Source: Waterburya sp. (lineage in GTDB: Bacteria; Cyanobacteriota; Cyanobacteriia; Cyanobacteriales; Xenococcaceae). From it: 64,000 nucleotides of DNA. This document shows, in pieces, positions 10,827 through 21,284 of this stretch (its first letter is position 1; every line of letters starts with the position of its first letter). The stretch is taken from positions 4,192,001-4,256,000 of the forward strand of contig CBDCJV010000002.1 in NCBI GenBank assembly GCA_965217895.1, given 5' to 3'. The translations under genes and the position numbers were made by a program. Below the pieces are notes generated by a model that did no database searches, was not told where the DNA came from, and saw nothing but the letters and a program-made list of their open reading frames with translations.

Positions 10827-11529
10827 AGATCTGACTCAGAAAATTCAGCATGATTTTGATCGTTTAGCTTTATGCGATCGCGATCAATGGGATCATAATA
10901 ATCACTATCACCAGTTTTTGCTTAAACAAATACCTAGTTACAATCAAAAAATTCTCGATCTTGGTTGTGGCGTTGGTAAATTTTCTTGCCTTTTAGCCAA
11001 CCGCGCCGATCGAGTTGTGGCAATAGATTTATCTCCTAACAGTATTGCGATCGCCAAGCAAAGATCTCAGCAGATTAATAATATTGATTATCAAGTCGCT
11101 GATATATCACAGTGGCAATTTCCCCAAGGGCATTTTGATGTAATTGTCTCTGATGTAATTGTCTCTATAGCTACAGTTCATCATCTGTTTTTAGAAGAAC
11201 TACTTCCAAGACTAAAAATTGCTTTAAAACCTGGTGGCGTGCTGGTAATTTTAGACCTATTGAAGCATCAAAATCTTAAAGATACGCTGAGTGATTGTGT
11301 TGCCATTCCTTTGAATTGGTGGTTTTTAAAGACCAAAAACAAACATTTTCAACCTTCTGCCGAAGCAGTTGCAGCGATGAAAGAACATTTTCGGACAGAT
11401 GAATACTTAAATCTATCACAAGCAAGAAAAATTTATCAGGATTTATTTAAAACAGCGAAAGTGAGGAGACATTTGTTTTGGCGTTATTCAGTAGTTTGGC
11501 ATAAACCGATAATTAAAATTATTCCCTAA
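10819..11529 (+). CDS. Class I SAM-dependent methyltransferase
   Basis: ILDLGCGVG motif I, AIDLS, LKPGG; overlaps the dynamin stop by 8 bp. Confidence 0.85.
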   Translation: MNKDLTQKIQHDFDRLALCDRDQWDHNNHYHQFLLKQIPSYNQKILDLGCGVGKFSCLLANRADRVVAIDLSPNSIAIAKQRSQQINNIDYQVADISQWQFPQGHFDVIVSDVIVSIATVHHLFLEELLPRLKIALKPGGVLVILDLLKHQNLKDTLSDCVAIPLNWWFLKTKNKHFQPSAEAVAAMKEHFRTDEYLNLSQARKIYQDLFKTAKVRRHLFWRYSVVWHKPIIKIIP

Positions 11530-12590
11530 TAGCTGCTTTTTTTAAACATTACTTTTGTCAATAAAAAAGAAGTAATTTCTCCTAGGGGTAAAATATGTTT
11601 GACTGCGCCCAATTCAATCGCCTCTTTGGGCATACCAAAAATTACTGAAGTTTCTCGATCTTGAGCAATAGTTAACCCTCCTGCTTGGTGAATTGTTTGC
11701 ATTCCTTCAGCACCATCTTTTCCCATACCAGTTAATAAAATTGCGATCGCCTTACAACCATAAACTTGTGCTACAGACTTAAAGGTTGTGTTTACTGCGG
11801 GGCGATGTCCGCCAACGGGGGGAGAAACGGAACAAACAAACTGCCCCTCACTGTTTAACTCTAGATGTTTGCCTTCTGGAGGAAAATAAATAGTCCCTGT
11901 TTGAGGAGTAATACCAGAGCGAGCTATTTGAATTGGTAAAGCACAGGTAAGACTGAGCCACTGAATTAGACCGTCGAGAAAGCCATGACTAATATGCTGT
12001 ACACAGACAATCGGCACAGGGAAATTGGCGGGTAAACAGTCAAACATAGTCTGTAAGGCTTGAGGGCCACCCGTAGAAGTACCAATAACCACTATTTTAG
12101 TTTCTGTAGCAGCATTAAAAACTGACTTGGGGGGATTGAGCGGCAATTGAGATGCCTGACTAGCAATGGGAGTCCGCTTTCTAAATACTTTGACTCCCGC
12201 CAAAATTTTAATTTTGTTAATTAAGCGTAGTTGATTTATTTGAGCATCTTGATTTGTACCAGAGCGAGGTTTGGCAAAAATATCCACAGCACCAGCTTCT
12301 AATAATTCAAAAATACGGTGACGTTGTTCTGCCTGTACCGAAACGCTAACCACTAAAATTGGTCGGGGATACTTTGCCATTACTTGTTTAGTAAATTCCA
12401 AACCATCCATTTTAGGCATATGAAAATCAGTACAGATCACATCAGGGTTGAGTTGAGGAATGAGAGCTAGTCCCTCTATACCATTGCTGGCTGTACCTAC
12501 TACTTCAATATCAGGTGAAGAACGAAAAATATTTTTTAGGATAGTTTGAAAAACGGTCGAGTCTTCAACGATTAAAACGCGAATGGGCAT
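11526..12590 (-). CDS. cheB: Chemotaxis response regulator protein-glutamate methylesterase
   Basis: REC domain plus GTSTGGP, VQHI, GHRPAV, LLTGMGKDGA methylesterase motifs. Confidence 0.95.
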   Translation of the reverse strand: MPIRVLIVEDSTVFQTILKNIFRSSPDIEVVGTASNGIEGLALIPQLNPDVICTDFHMPKMDGLEFTKQVMAKYPRPILVVSVSVQAEQRHRIFELLEAGAVDIFAKPRSGTNQDAQINQLRLINKIKILAGVKVFRKRTPIASQASQLPLNPPKSVFNAATETKIVVIGTSTGGPQALQTMFDCLPANFPVPIVCVQHISHGFLDGLIQWLSLTCALPIQIARSGITPQTGTIYFPPEGKHLELNSEGQFVCSVSPPVGGHRPAVNTTFKSVAQVYGCKAIAILLTGMGKDGAEGMQTIHQAGGLTIAQDRETSVIFGMPKEAIELGAVKHILPLGEITSFLLTKVMFKKSSY

Positions 12591-12622
12591 AAAAATAAAA
12601 AAATATTAACTGGCTGTTAACT

Positions 12623-14985
12623 TTAGATTAATCGAGCGAGGGTATCTAAGAGAACATCTTGATTAAATTGTCCCTTGACAATATAAGCATTTGCTCCTGC
12701 TTCTGCTCCTTTGCGTTTATCCTCATCAGTAGCTAAAGATGTGACTAGAATACTTGGTAATTCGCTGTATTCCTCGTTTTCTCTAATGCGTGCAGTCAAG
12801 GAAAAACCGTCTAAGTTAGGCATTTGGACATCAGAAATAACTGCATCAAAATAGTTGTTTTGCAGTTTATTGAAGCCATCTAGACCATCTACAGCGGTAA
12901 TTACTTCATAACCTGCTGCTTCTAATAATCGTTTTTCCTGAGTACGAACTAACATAGAGTCTTCAGCTAGCAAAATCTTGTGTTTCCCAGGAGCAGAAAT
13001 TTTTTCTGACTGGGGTAGCAACCGTGAATTAGAAACCTTGGCTGCCAACAGAGAAGAACTATTGCCTTTTAAAGATTGAAGCAAATCTGTCGCCGCCAGA
13101 ATCATACATACTTGTCCCGTTCCCAAAATAGTTGACCCTGCAACATTACGTACCCGACGCAAGATCTTGCTTTGAGGCTTGAATGCCACATCAGTAACAT
13201 CCAGAAGACGGTCAACAATTAAGCCAAATCTTTCTGCTCCTACCTTCATTAGAATACAAGGCTTGAGTTTGGTAGAGATATATTCTGACTTAGCTGCGAC
13301 TGCATAGGCTGGAGAATTAGTAATTTGCAGCAAGTCGGCTAAATTAGCTACGGAAACTGCTTTACCATTAATGGCGATCGCAGCTTTGCCTTCTAAGGGA
13401 AAAATTTCCTGGGGGTCGATCTGCAAATTAGCCTCAACAAAGTCAATGGGTAGGGCATGAACGATACCGTGAATCTCTACCAGCAAAACATCTGATTTAA
13501 CCAAGGTAGTCGGCAGCCGCAGGTTAAAAATACACCCTTGATTAGGAGTAGAATCAATTTCAATGATTCCTTTTAGCTTTTCAATATTGTTTTTCACCAC
13601 GTCCATACCTACCCCTCGACCAGAAACTTCGGTAATAAAGTTGCGAGTCGAAAAACCAGGCTGGAAAATTAGGGAGTGAATCTGACTAACACTTATGTTC
13701 TCTAATTCTTCAGGAGAGTGTAAACCCTTTTTTACTGCGGTGCTTTTGAGCTTCTCAATATCTAATCCTCTGCCGTCGTCTTTCAGTTCAATGACGATTT
13801 TGTTACCAGTTTGATAACCTGTCAAAGAAACGCTTGCTTGGGCTGGTTTTCCTAGCTGAATACGCTCTGTAGGTGTCTCTATCCCATGATCGATCGCATT
13901 ACGAATTAAGTGCATCAAAGGATCTTTAATTTCTTCAAGGATTTTTTTATCTACCTGGGTATCTTCTCCCGCGATTACTAGCTGTACTTGCTTGCCCTGT
14001 TCTCTGGCTAAATCTCTAACTAAGCGAGGGAAAAGCTGGAACACCTGTGAGAGTGGTAACTGTCTGAGATTAGCAATTTTCTCTTCTAGCTCTACTGCTA
14101 CAAACTCTAGTTTGCTACTATTTTCTTGAGCAAGAGTTTTTAAGCGGGCAATTTTTTGCTCCAGTCGGACTTCTATTGGTTCTGTTTCAGGTTCATACTC
14201 ATTTAGGTTAGATTGTTGAAACCCCGTTGCTTTTAGTTCCTTCCACAAACTAGATACTTGCTCGATCTCGGTGACGGTGTGAGCCACACGAGTTTTATTA
14301 ACAATTAATTCTCCTACTTGAGTAACTAAGCTATCTAAAGCTTTGGTAGGTACACGAACCGTATCTATACGATAGGGTTGCTCAATCTTGGTCGGATATA
14401 CTGCTACCTCGTCCACTGTCTTAACCAGCGATCGCTCTGGTTTATTGGTGGTAGATATAGCAGCAGATTGCTGAATTAATTCATTACTAGCTACATCCTT
14501 TAAGGATGCTTCGCGATCTGGTAATGACGATATCAAATGTTCTTCCCAGTCAGCGTCTATTGGTGTTTGCGACTCTATTTCGGGCGCAGAAATTGCTGAC
14601 TCGGTTGCCTTGACTAACTGTTTGCTTGACTAACTGTTTGACCGTTTGCTCAATGTCTACTCCGCTAGATTCACCTGTTAGAGTTTCTTCTACCAGGCTT
14701 TGCATCCCATCGAGAGTTTGGTAAAGGCGATCGCTCAATCCAGTTGTTAGAGTTACCGACTGGCTCTGAATTTTACCTAATACTTTTTCTAGAGCATGGG
14801 TAAGCGTTTCCAGCGTCGTTACTCCCACCACCCGCGAATCTCCCTTGAGGCTATGTGCCTCGCGCAACAAATCTTCAATTAGATCTCGCTGGCTGGGGTT
14901 TTGTTCTAGCTGAAGAATACCCGTCTCTAGATTCTGCAAGCGTTCTTGGCTTGATAGCCGATAGATATCTTTTAACTCATAGTTT
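12623..14985 (-). pseudogene. cheA: Hybrid CheA (Hpt-HATPase-CheW-REC), frameshifted and lacking its start
   Basis: Hpt (LREAHSLKGDS) in ORF 14550..15005 and the kinase part (HLIRNAIDHGIE, SGRGVGMD) in ORF 12623..14536 are in different frames because of a 16-bp tandem duplication at 14609-14640; no native start codon. Confidence 0.85.
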
Positions 14986-15880
14986 AGGGCAACTAACCTG
15001 GACAATCGATCAAGATACTAACGTTGAATCTGCTGCTAATTTGGCATTATCCGTTGAAGAGGTCAAAGCAATTTTGATGGGAGCTAATCTCTTAGCACAA
15101 CAATGGCAGACTGCTGATTTGGGAGACTATTCGCCTATCCTCTCTCCTCTACTAAAGCAAGAGAAAATATACGATGCTATTGAATTACCGATTTCTAAAA
15201 CATATCTACAGGGTCAACATTCTCTTTGGGATGTTGCTGCTAAAATACAGACTTCAATAGTTTTAATTGGTCGCTCCTTAATTAATCTGGAGAAACAAAA
15301 TATTATTGAACTTCAGGAAATACCAGATTTTCCCGAATCCACAAATGGTAAGTTATCTCCTCAACCAGATCGGCGAGAATCAGAAAATTATTCTGCTATG
15401 ATCGCTCCTCAACCCATCAATACTCCAGCAGCAGTTAAGCAGAATCAATCTAGGAGTACTAACCAAGCTAGAAATACTCCTCAAGCAACTTTTGACCCCA
15501 ATAAACCTCTAATCGCCTGTATTGATGACAGTCCTGTACTGGGTCATAGCATCAAAAAGATTTTGGCATCAGTGGGTTATCAATCAATGGTTATTAGTGA
15601 CCCTATGGCGGGAATGAGCTTATTAGCTAAATACCGACCGAATCTAATTTTGCTTGATTTGCTTATGCCTACGGTTAGTGGTTATAGCGTCTGTAAATTT
15701 CTGAGGGAAACTACCTTATTTAAAACTACTCCGATTGTAATTTTGACTGCTAAAGACACAATTGTCGATCGCACTAGGGCTAGATTAGCAGGAGCGACGG
15801 ATTTTGTAACTAAACCTCCAGAACCCCGTGAATTATTGCAGGTAATTAGAGTACATCTTACTGATATTCCTTGGAGTTAA
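14981..15880 (+). pseudogene. PatA-like response regulator, 5' truncated
   Basis: Partial PatA N-terminal region (QQWQ...SP...SLWDVA) plus C-terminal REC (IACIDDS, LLDLLMP, ARLAGATDFVTKP); the first ~42 codons of ORF 14855 are cheA antisense. Confidence 0.75.
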
Positions 15881-15886
15881 GTTAAA

Positions 15887-17419
15887 TTGATTCCTAACAT
15901 TTCTTTCCAACTCAGACAGGCTTTTGCTCAATCTATTGCCCAAAAAATTGGTATTGAAATTAGACAGGTAGAACAAGATAGCCTCGAACAAAAAATTTGG
16001 CTGAGAATAAAAGCTTTACAGCTAGCTACACCAGAACAGTATTATCAGTTTTTGAGTTTACCTGGGCTTGAAAGTGAAGGAGAATGGCAACAGTTAGCCC
16101 AACTGCTAACCAACAACGAAAGCTACTTTTTTCGCGATCGCCAACAGCTAAATCTACTCAAAAATCAGATTTTTCCCCAGCTAATTCAACAAAAGCGAGA
16201 GCAAGAAGATTTGACCCTGCGGGTATGGAGTGCGGGATGTTCTACAGGACAAGAACCCTATTCCTTGGCAATTATCCTCAAAGAACTACTCCTAGATATC
16301 GACGCTTGGAATTTAGCAATTATAGGGACAGACATTGATTTGGCAGCTTTAAACCAAGCTAGAGCAGGAATCTATTCTGAATGGTCTTTTCGCGATACTG
16401 AAGCAAGGATTAAACAACAATATTTTGCACCCATAGCTCGCAACTACCAGATTGAGACTAAGCTTCGTCAGATGGTTACTTGGCAAAAAGTTAATTTGCT
16501 TAAGGATCGGTTTCCCCATCTGTTTTCTAATCTCCAAGAAATCGATCTAATTGTCTGTCGCAACGTCTTTATCTACTTTGGTTCATCTACTATTGGCAAA
16601 ATTCTAGCTAAGTTTTATCAGACTCTGCGACCTGGAGGCTACTTGCTAGTGGGTCATTCTGAATTGGCTGGTCAAAATTTAAGCCTTTTTCAAGCGCAAA
16701 ATTTCCCGCAATCTTTGATTTATCAGCGTCGAGAAGCAAGCTCGATAACTAGCCAGAATACTAGCTTGCCCTTAACCAAAAATCAGCAGCCTGTTTCTGA
16801 GGTAAAAAATAAGCCTAAAAGTAATCGTCAACTATTTGCTCCAGTCCAAAAGCCGATTAAAACCCAAATGATACCGTCACCGCAAGTATCAAATGGAGCT
16901 AGTGCTTCTAAGGCTTTATCTGCCGAGGAAGATAGTCAAAGACTACTTGAGCAAGCAAAACATTTGTGGCAGCAAAAACAGTCTAATTTAGCCATTAAAA
17001 AAGCAGAACAAATTTTAGCTCTTCAACCTCAAAATATTGCCGTCTGTTGTTTGTTGGGCAAAATTTATCTGGAACTAAAGCAAATTGATTTAGCAATTAA
17101 CATGAGCGATCGCGCTTTAGCAATTGATAGTGTAAATTTAGAGGTTAACTATTTACTAGCCGAAATTGCCCTTTTTCAAGCGGACCCCTTGACCGCCAAA
17201 AAGATCTACAAAAAAATTCTTTATCTCGATCCTCAATCAATCAAAGCTCCTTTAGAACTAAGTCGTATTTATCAAGCAGAGGGCGATCGCCCTAGAGCTA
17301 GCAAAATGGCGCAACAGGCAGTGAAGTTACTCCAGAAATTACCCAATTCCCAGATTTTATCAAGCTGCAATAATTCCACCGTCGCCGAACTGATGTTTCA
17401 ACTAACTACTAACTACTAA
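15887..17419 (+). CDS. cheR: CheR methyltransferase with C-terminal TPRs
   Basis: TNNESYFFRD, WSAGCSTGQEPYS, CRNVFIYF, GHSE motifs; TPR-like helices. Confidence 0.9.
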   Translation: MIPNISFQLRQAFAQSIAQKIGIEIRQVEQDSLEQKIWLRIKALQLATPEQYYQFLSLPGLESEGEWQQLAQLLTNNESYFFRDRQQLNLLKNQIFPQLIQQKREQEDLTLRVWSAGCSTGQEPYSLAIILKELLLDIDAWNLAIIGTDIDLAALNQARAGIYSEWSFRDTEARIKQQYFAPIARNYQIETKLRQMVTWQKVNLLKDRFPHLFSNLQEIDLIVCRNVFIYFGSSTIGKILAKFYQTLRPGGYLLVGHSELAGQNLSLFQAQNFPQSLIYQRREASSITSQNTSLPLTKNQQPVSEVKNKPKSNRQLFAPVQKPIKTQMIPSPQVSNGASASKALSAEEDSQRLLEQAKHLWQQKQSNLAIKKAEQILALQPQNIAVCCLLGKIYLELKQIDLAINMSDRALAIDSVNLEVNYLLAEIALFQADPLTAKKIYKKILYLDPQSIKAPLELSRIYQAEGDRPRASKMAQQAVKLLQKLPNSQILSSCNNSTVAELMFQLTTNY

Positions 17420-17451
17420 CTTGAGATCGCTCATTCAAGGTAATAAGCAAA

Positions 17452-18579
17452 ATGACTAAACAGTATTCATATTTGATTTTTAGAATTAATAACTCCCTTT
17501 ATGGTGTTAACACTCTCTGCGTCAAACAGATTTTTTTACTTCCAGAACTGACCCCAATTTTTGAGGCTTCGCCAGGCATAGTCGGCGTGGTCGATCTCAA
17601 GGGTCGTGTTTTGCCTGTAATGGATTTAAATCTGCGCTTTGGTCAACAAACTAGTAATTATTCCTTGAGCGATCAGGTGATTGTGGTCGAACAAGGAGAA
17701 CAAGATCTAGGAATTATTGTTGATGAAGTGTGCGAAGTCCGCAATATTCCTGAAACAGACATTGCCCAGCAGATTCAATCTGAACGCTCATTTCCAGACA
17801 CCAACGAGCATCAATTTATTACAGGGGTGATACGCAGCGAAAACGATATTTTGGTGATGATCAATTTGGCAAATCTCTTACAGTATATTTCTAGACCAAA
17901 CTCCAGAGAAAGACAAGACTATTCTAGTCAACAAATTCCTAGGCAATTTTTACCCGATCATAATCAACAAAAGCCAAGATCGAACCATCAATTAATTGTT
18001 AAAGATAGGGAACAAATATCTTTAAGTTCACTGCCAAAATCCCCAAGCCAGTTGACCTCAGAGGCATTAGCGATACTGCGTGAGCGAGCAAATCAGCTTA
18101 GACAAATCGATCGGATTAAGCAGAATTCTGAAAACGTTAAAAATTTAGCGATCGTTATTTTAAATCAGGAGTTTTTTGGTGTCGATCTTGAAAATGTTAG
18201 AGAGTTTACCAATATTGAGCAGGTAGTACCTGTTCCTTGTTGTCCTCCCCATATTGTGGGCAATATGAACTTGCGCGGGGAGATTTTAACTTTGGTAGAT
18301 ATCTGTCAGGTATTAAATTTACCACCAGTCAATTTAAGCAAAATTTCTCAGTTAATGGTAGTCGAAGTTGACGAATTACGAGTTGGCTTAACCATTGAAA
18401 AAGTTCACGACACTATTACCGTTGATGCCCAAGAAATTGATTTAGTTCCTGCTGCTAGCTATTCTGTCAACAAAGAATATTTTCAAGGAACATTATCATT
18501 TCAAAATAAGATGATCAGTATTTTGAATATTGCAAAAATAATACAGAATGATGGTTTAATAGTCGATCAGTCGGGATGA
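17452..18579 (+). CDS. cheW: Tandem CheW-domain adaptor
   Basis: Two CheW domains (GVVDLKGRVLPVMDL; VPCCPPHIVGNMNLRGEILTLVDI). Confidence 0.9.
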   Translation: MTKQYSYLIFRINNSLYGVNTLCVKQIFLLPELTPIFEASPGIVGVVDLKGRVLPVMDLNLRFGQQTSNYSLSDQVIVVEQGEQDLGIIVDEVCEVRNIPETDIAQQIQSERSFPDTNEHQFITGVIRSENDILVMINLANLLQYISRPNSRERQDYSSQQIPRQFLPDHNQQKPRSNHQLIVKDREQISLSSLPKSPSQLTSEALAILRERANQLRQIDRIKQNSENVKNLAIVILNQEFFGVDLENVREFTNIEQVVPVPCCPPHIVGNMNLRGEILTLVDICQVLNLPPVNLSKISQLMVVEVDELRVGLTIEKVHDTITVDAQEIDLVPAASYSVNKEYFQGTLSFQNKMISILNIAKIIQNDGLIVDQSG

Positions 18580-18633
18580 TTGCTTAAAGACAAGTTGAAC
18601 AATTCTAATTTATTAAGGAGCAAGCAAATTGTT

Positions 18634-20104
18634 ATGTTTAAAGACTTAAAGTTAAGAGATCGTATTTTAATTGGCTATATACTACCTTTAATTTCTCTAG
18701 TTGGGGCTTCTGCCCTTACTTTATGGAACGCCAACCGCATTCAAAATATTTTTCAAGAAGTAAAAAAAGCGGACAAAGAAGTAGCACAGATCAACAAGCT
18801 AGAACACGATCTCGATGCCATGATTTTAGGTGCCAGGGGCTATCTCATTAATCCTGATGATACATATTTGCAAGAATATCGCCAGGGGTAGTCAAGATTT
18901 TACTCAAACAGCTAAAGCTGCAAGGCAATCAGGAGCAATTATTCAACCAGAAATCCAAAAATATTTTGAGGGATTAACTGCTTTAGGAGAAGAGGTACAA
19001 GGAAATAGCGCAAATTTGATCGCCTTAGTTCAAGCAGGAAAACAGCAGCAGGCAAATGCTCTGGCTTTGAATCAATTAGGTTCAGAATTAGATCGGCAAA
19101 TATTAGCTATAGAGGCTGAATTGAAAGATTCCGAGCAACAAGAACTAAACCAACAAGTGACTCAAAAGATTGCCAAAGCCGAAGATAATTTAAATACTCT
19201 GGTGCTGGTATTCTTGATTAGTGCTTTAGGTTTAGGGGGGTTAAGCACGGCGATCGCCTTGATTATTGCTTCAAGAGCAACCAGAACTATTACCGAAGCC
19301 ATCGGCAAAATTAGTTCTTCTTCTAACGAGATCGCCGTAACTGTAGAAGAACAGGAACGCAACGCCAATTTACAGGCAGCCTCGGTTAATGAAACCACTA
19401 CTGCTATGGATGAATTGGAAGCAACATCTAGGCAGTCTGCCGAACAGGCTAATGCAGCAGCAATAGCAGCCGAACAAGTGTTCCAGCTTGCCGATAATGG
19501 TAATCAGGCAGTGGAGGAAACTCTAGGAGAAATGTCTAATCTTCAGAGTAAAGTTGCGGCGATCGCCGAACAGATTATGCAGTTGAGCGAACAAACAATT
19601 CAAATTGGCAATATTTCTGGTTTAGTTTCCGATCTGGCTAATCAGACTAATATATTGGCATTAAACGCAGCCGTTGAGGCGGTTAGGGCAGGAGAACATG
19701 GCAGAGGTTTTTCTGTAGTAGCAGCAGAGATCCGTAAGCTTGCCGATCAAAGTAAAAACTCAGCCGAAAATATTAATACTTTAGTTTCCCAGATTCAACA
19801 CAAGATCAACTCGGCGGTGATGGTAACAGATGAAGGCTCAAAAACAGTTTATTCAGGTATTCAAATTGCCAATCGCACAGCCGAGTCATTTGCGGGAGTT
19901 TCAGAAGCCGTAAACAATATGGTGATAAGTAATCAGCAAATATCACTCAATACTAAGCAACAGGTTCAGGCAATTCAACAGGTAGTTGAAGCCATGAACA
20001 ATATTAACTTGGGGGCAAAAGAAACAGCGACTGGTATTAGTCAAACCAAACAAGGGACAAGTCAACTGAATGAGGCAAGCATTAATTTACAAAGCATAGT
20101 TTAA
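18634..20104 (+). pseudogene. Methyl-accepting chemotaxis protein (CHASE3-like sensor), frameshifted
   Basis: ATG at 18634 after AAGGAG; TM plus ARGYLI sensor in one frame and the MCP signalling domain (QTNILALNAAVEAVRAGEHGRGF) in another; removing one G from GGGG 18885-18888 restores the frame. Confidence 0.8.
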
Positions 20105-20137
20105 TACTAAATCCTGTTTGGATAGAGATTAGGTAAG

Positions 20138-21037
20138 TTAAAAGTCAAAAGTCCCAAAGAGCAAGATTTTTTCAGCCGTAATCTGAGATTGTTCTAGGTG
20201 GGGAACATGACCACAGTTATCGATCCAGACTAGTTTGCTATTGGGAATAGATTGGGCAAACTTAGCAGCGTCTTTTGTACCTAATATTTTGTCTTGCTTA
20301 CCCCATAAAATTAAAGTTGGCTGCTGTATCTGGGATATTCGAGTTGCAAATGAACCGTAGCCACCGCTTTTGGTAAAGGCAATTAAAGACTTATTCCAGT
20401 TAGCGCATTTTAAATGAAGTGCAGCACAGGCTTGGGCATCTAAACTGGCAAAGCTTTTATCAAAATAAGCAGCACGACTAATACTTTGACGAATTTTAGG
20501 ATTACGCAGAAACTCGGTAGCAAAATAATCTAGAGGAGAAAACATAAACTTGCCAATAGCTGGCTGTTTGGCTAAACCTGCACTGTCTATTAAAACTAAT
20601 TTTTCTACCGCTTTAGGATAGGTCAGGGTAAAATCTATTGCTGCTGCACCACCCATCGATGCACCTACCAAGATAACAGGCTGCTTAATTAGACTCTGCC
20701 AGAAGTGATACAAATGGGTTTTAATGTTTTGAGGATTGAGAGGAATATCTAAATTTCGTTGGCTAAAGCCAAATCCCAATAGATCTACCGCCCAAGTTGA
20801 CTGCTGTTTTGCTAGCAAAGGTATTAGGCGACGAAACTCAAATAAAGAGCTATCAAAGCCGTGGATTAATAATATTGGTGTGCTACCCTGTCCTTGCTTT
20901 ATATATGTAGTTGCAATACTATCTTTAGATAAAGGCGTGGAGATAGAGTTTTGTTGAATCTGCTTTGCTAAAGCGATCGAAGTTGATTCAGTTAAACTAC
21001 TAGCGTCAGAAGATAACCAGCTGGGAAACATGAACAA
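20138..21037 (-). CDS. Alpha/beta fold hydrolase
   Basis: HGFDS, GASMGG nucleophile elbow, WGKQD, CGHVPHLE. Confidence 0.9.
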   Translation of the reverse strand: MFMFPSWLSSDASSLTESTSIALAKQIQQNSISTPLSKDSIATTYIKQGQGSTPILLIHGFDSSLFEFRRLIPLLAKQQSTWAVDLLGFGFSQRNLDIPLNPQNIKTHLYHFWQSLIKQPVILVGASMGGAAAIDFTLTYPKAVEKLVLIDSAGLAKQPAIGKFMFSPLDYFATEFLRNPKIRQSISRAAYFDKSFASLDAQACAALHLKCANWNKSLIAFTKSGGYGSFATRISQIQQPTLILWGKQDKILGTKDAAKFAQSIPNSKLVWIDNCGHVPHLEQSQITAEKILLFGTFDF

Positions 21038-21284
21038 TAGATAATTGAATAGTAAATGTAATGCTCTACTTTAATTATCTATTAAAAATGCAACCACTAT
21101 CGAGAGATGTCTGATTTTCGAGGAAAATCCACGGATTAACAATGTTAATCGAGATCTAATAGTACATCTGACGTGAATTAAAAAGGTTTATTCCTACAAA
21201 TAAATTTGCTTAAGTACTTATTTATTGGAGAACAACGAAGCCTTTAAAATTCAGTGAATAATATAATAAATGAGTCAATACAAA

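Noticed and set aside
14855..14980. Genuine antisense overlap of the patA-like ORF with cheA
   Set aside because: The extension is just cheA antisense read through the rearrangement junction
14978..20103. 9-bp direct repeat CATAGTTTA at the che junction and at the MCP stop, as a target-site duplication
   Set aside because: Short and AT-rich, no transposase or TIRs; may be chance
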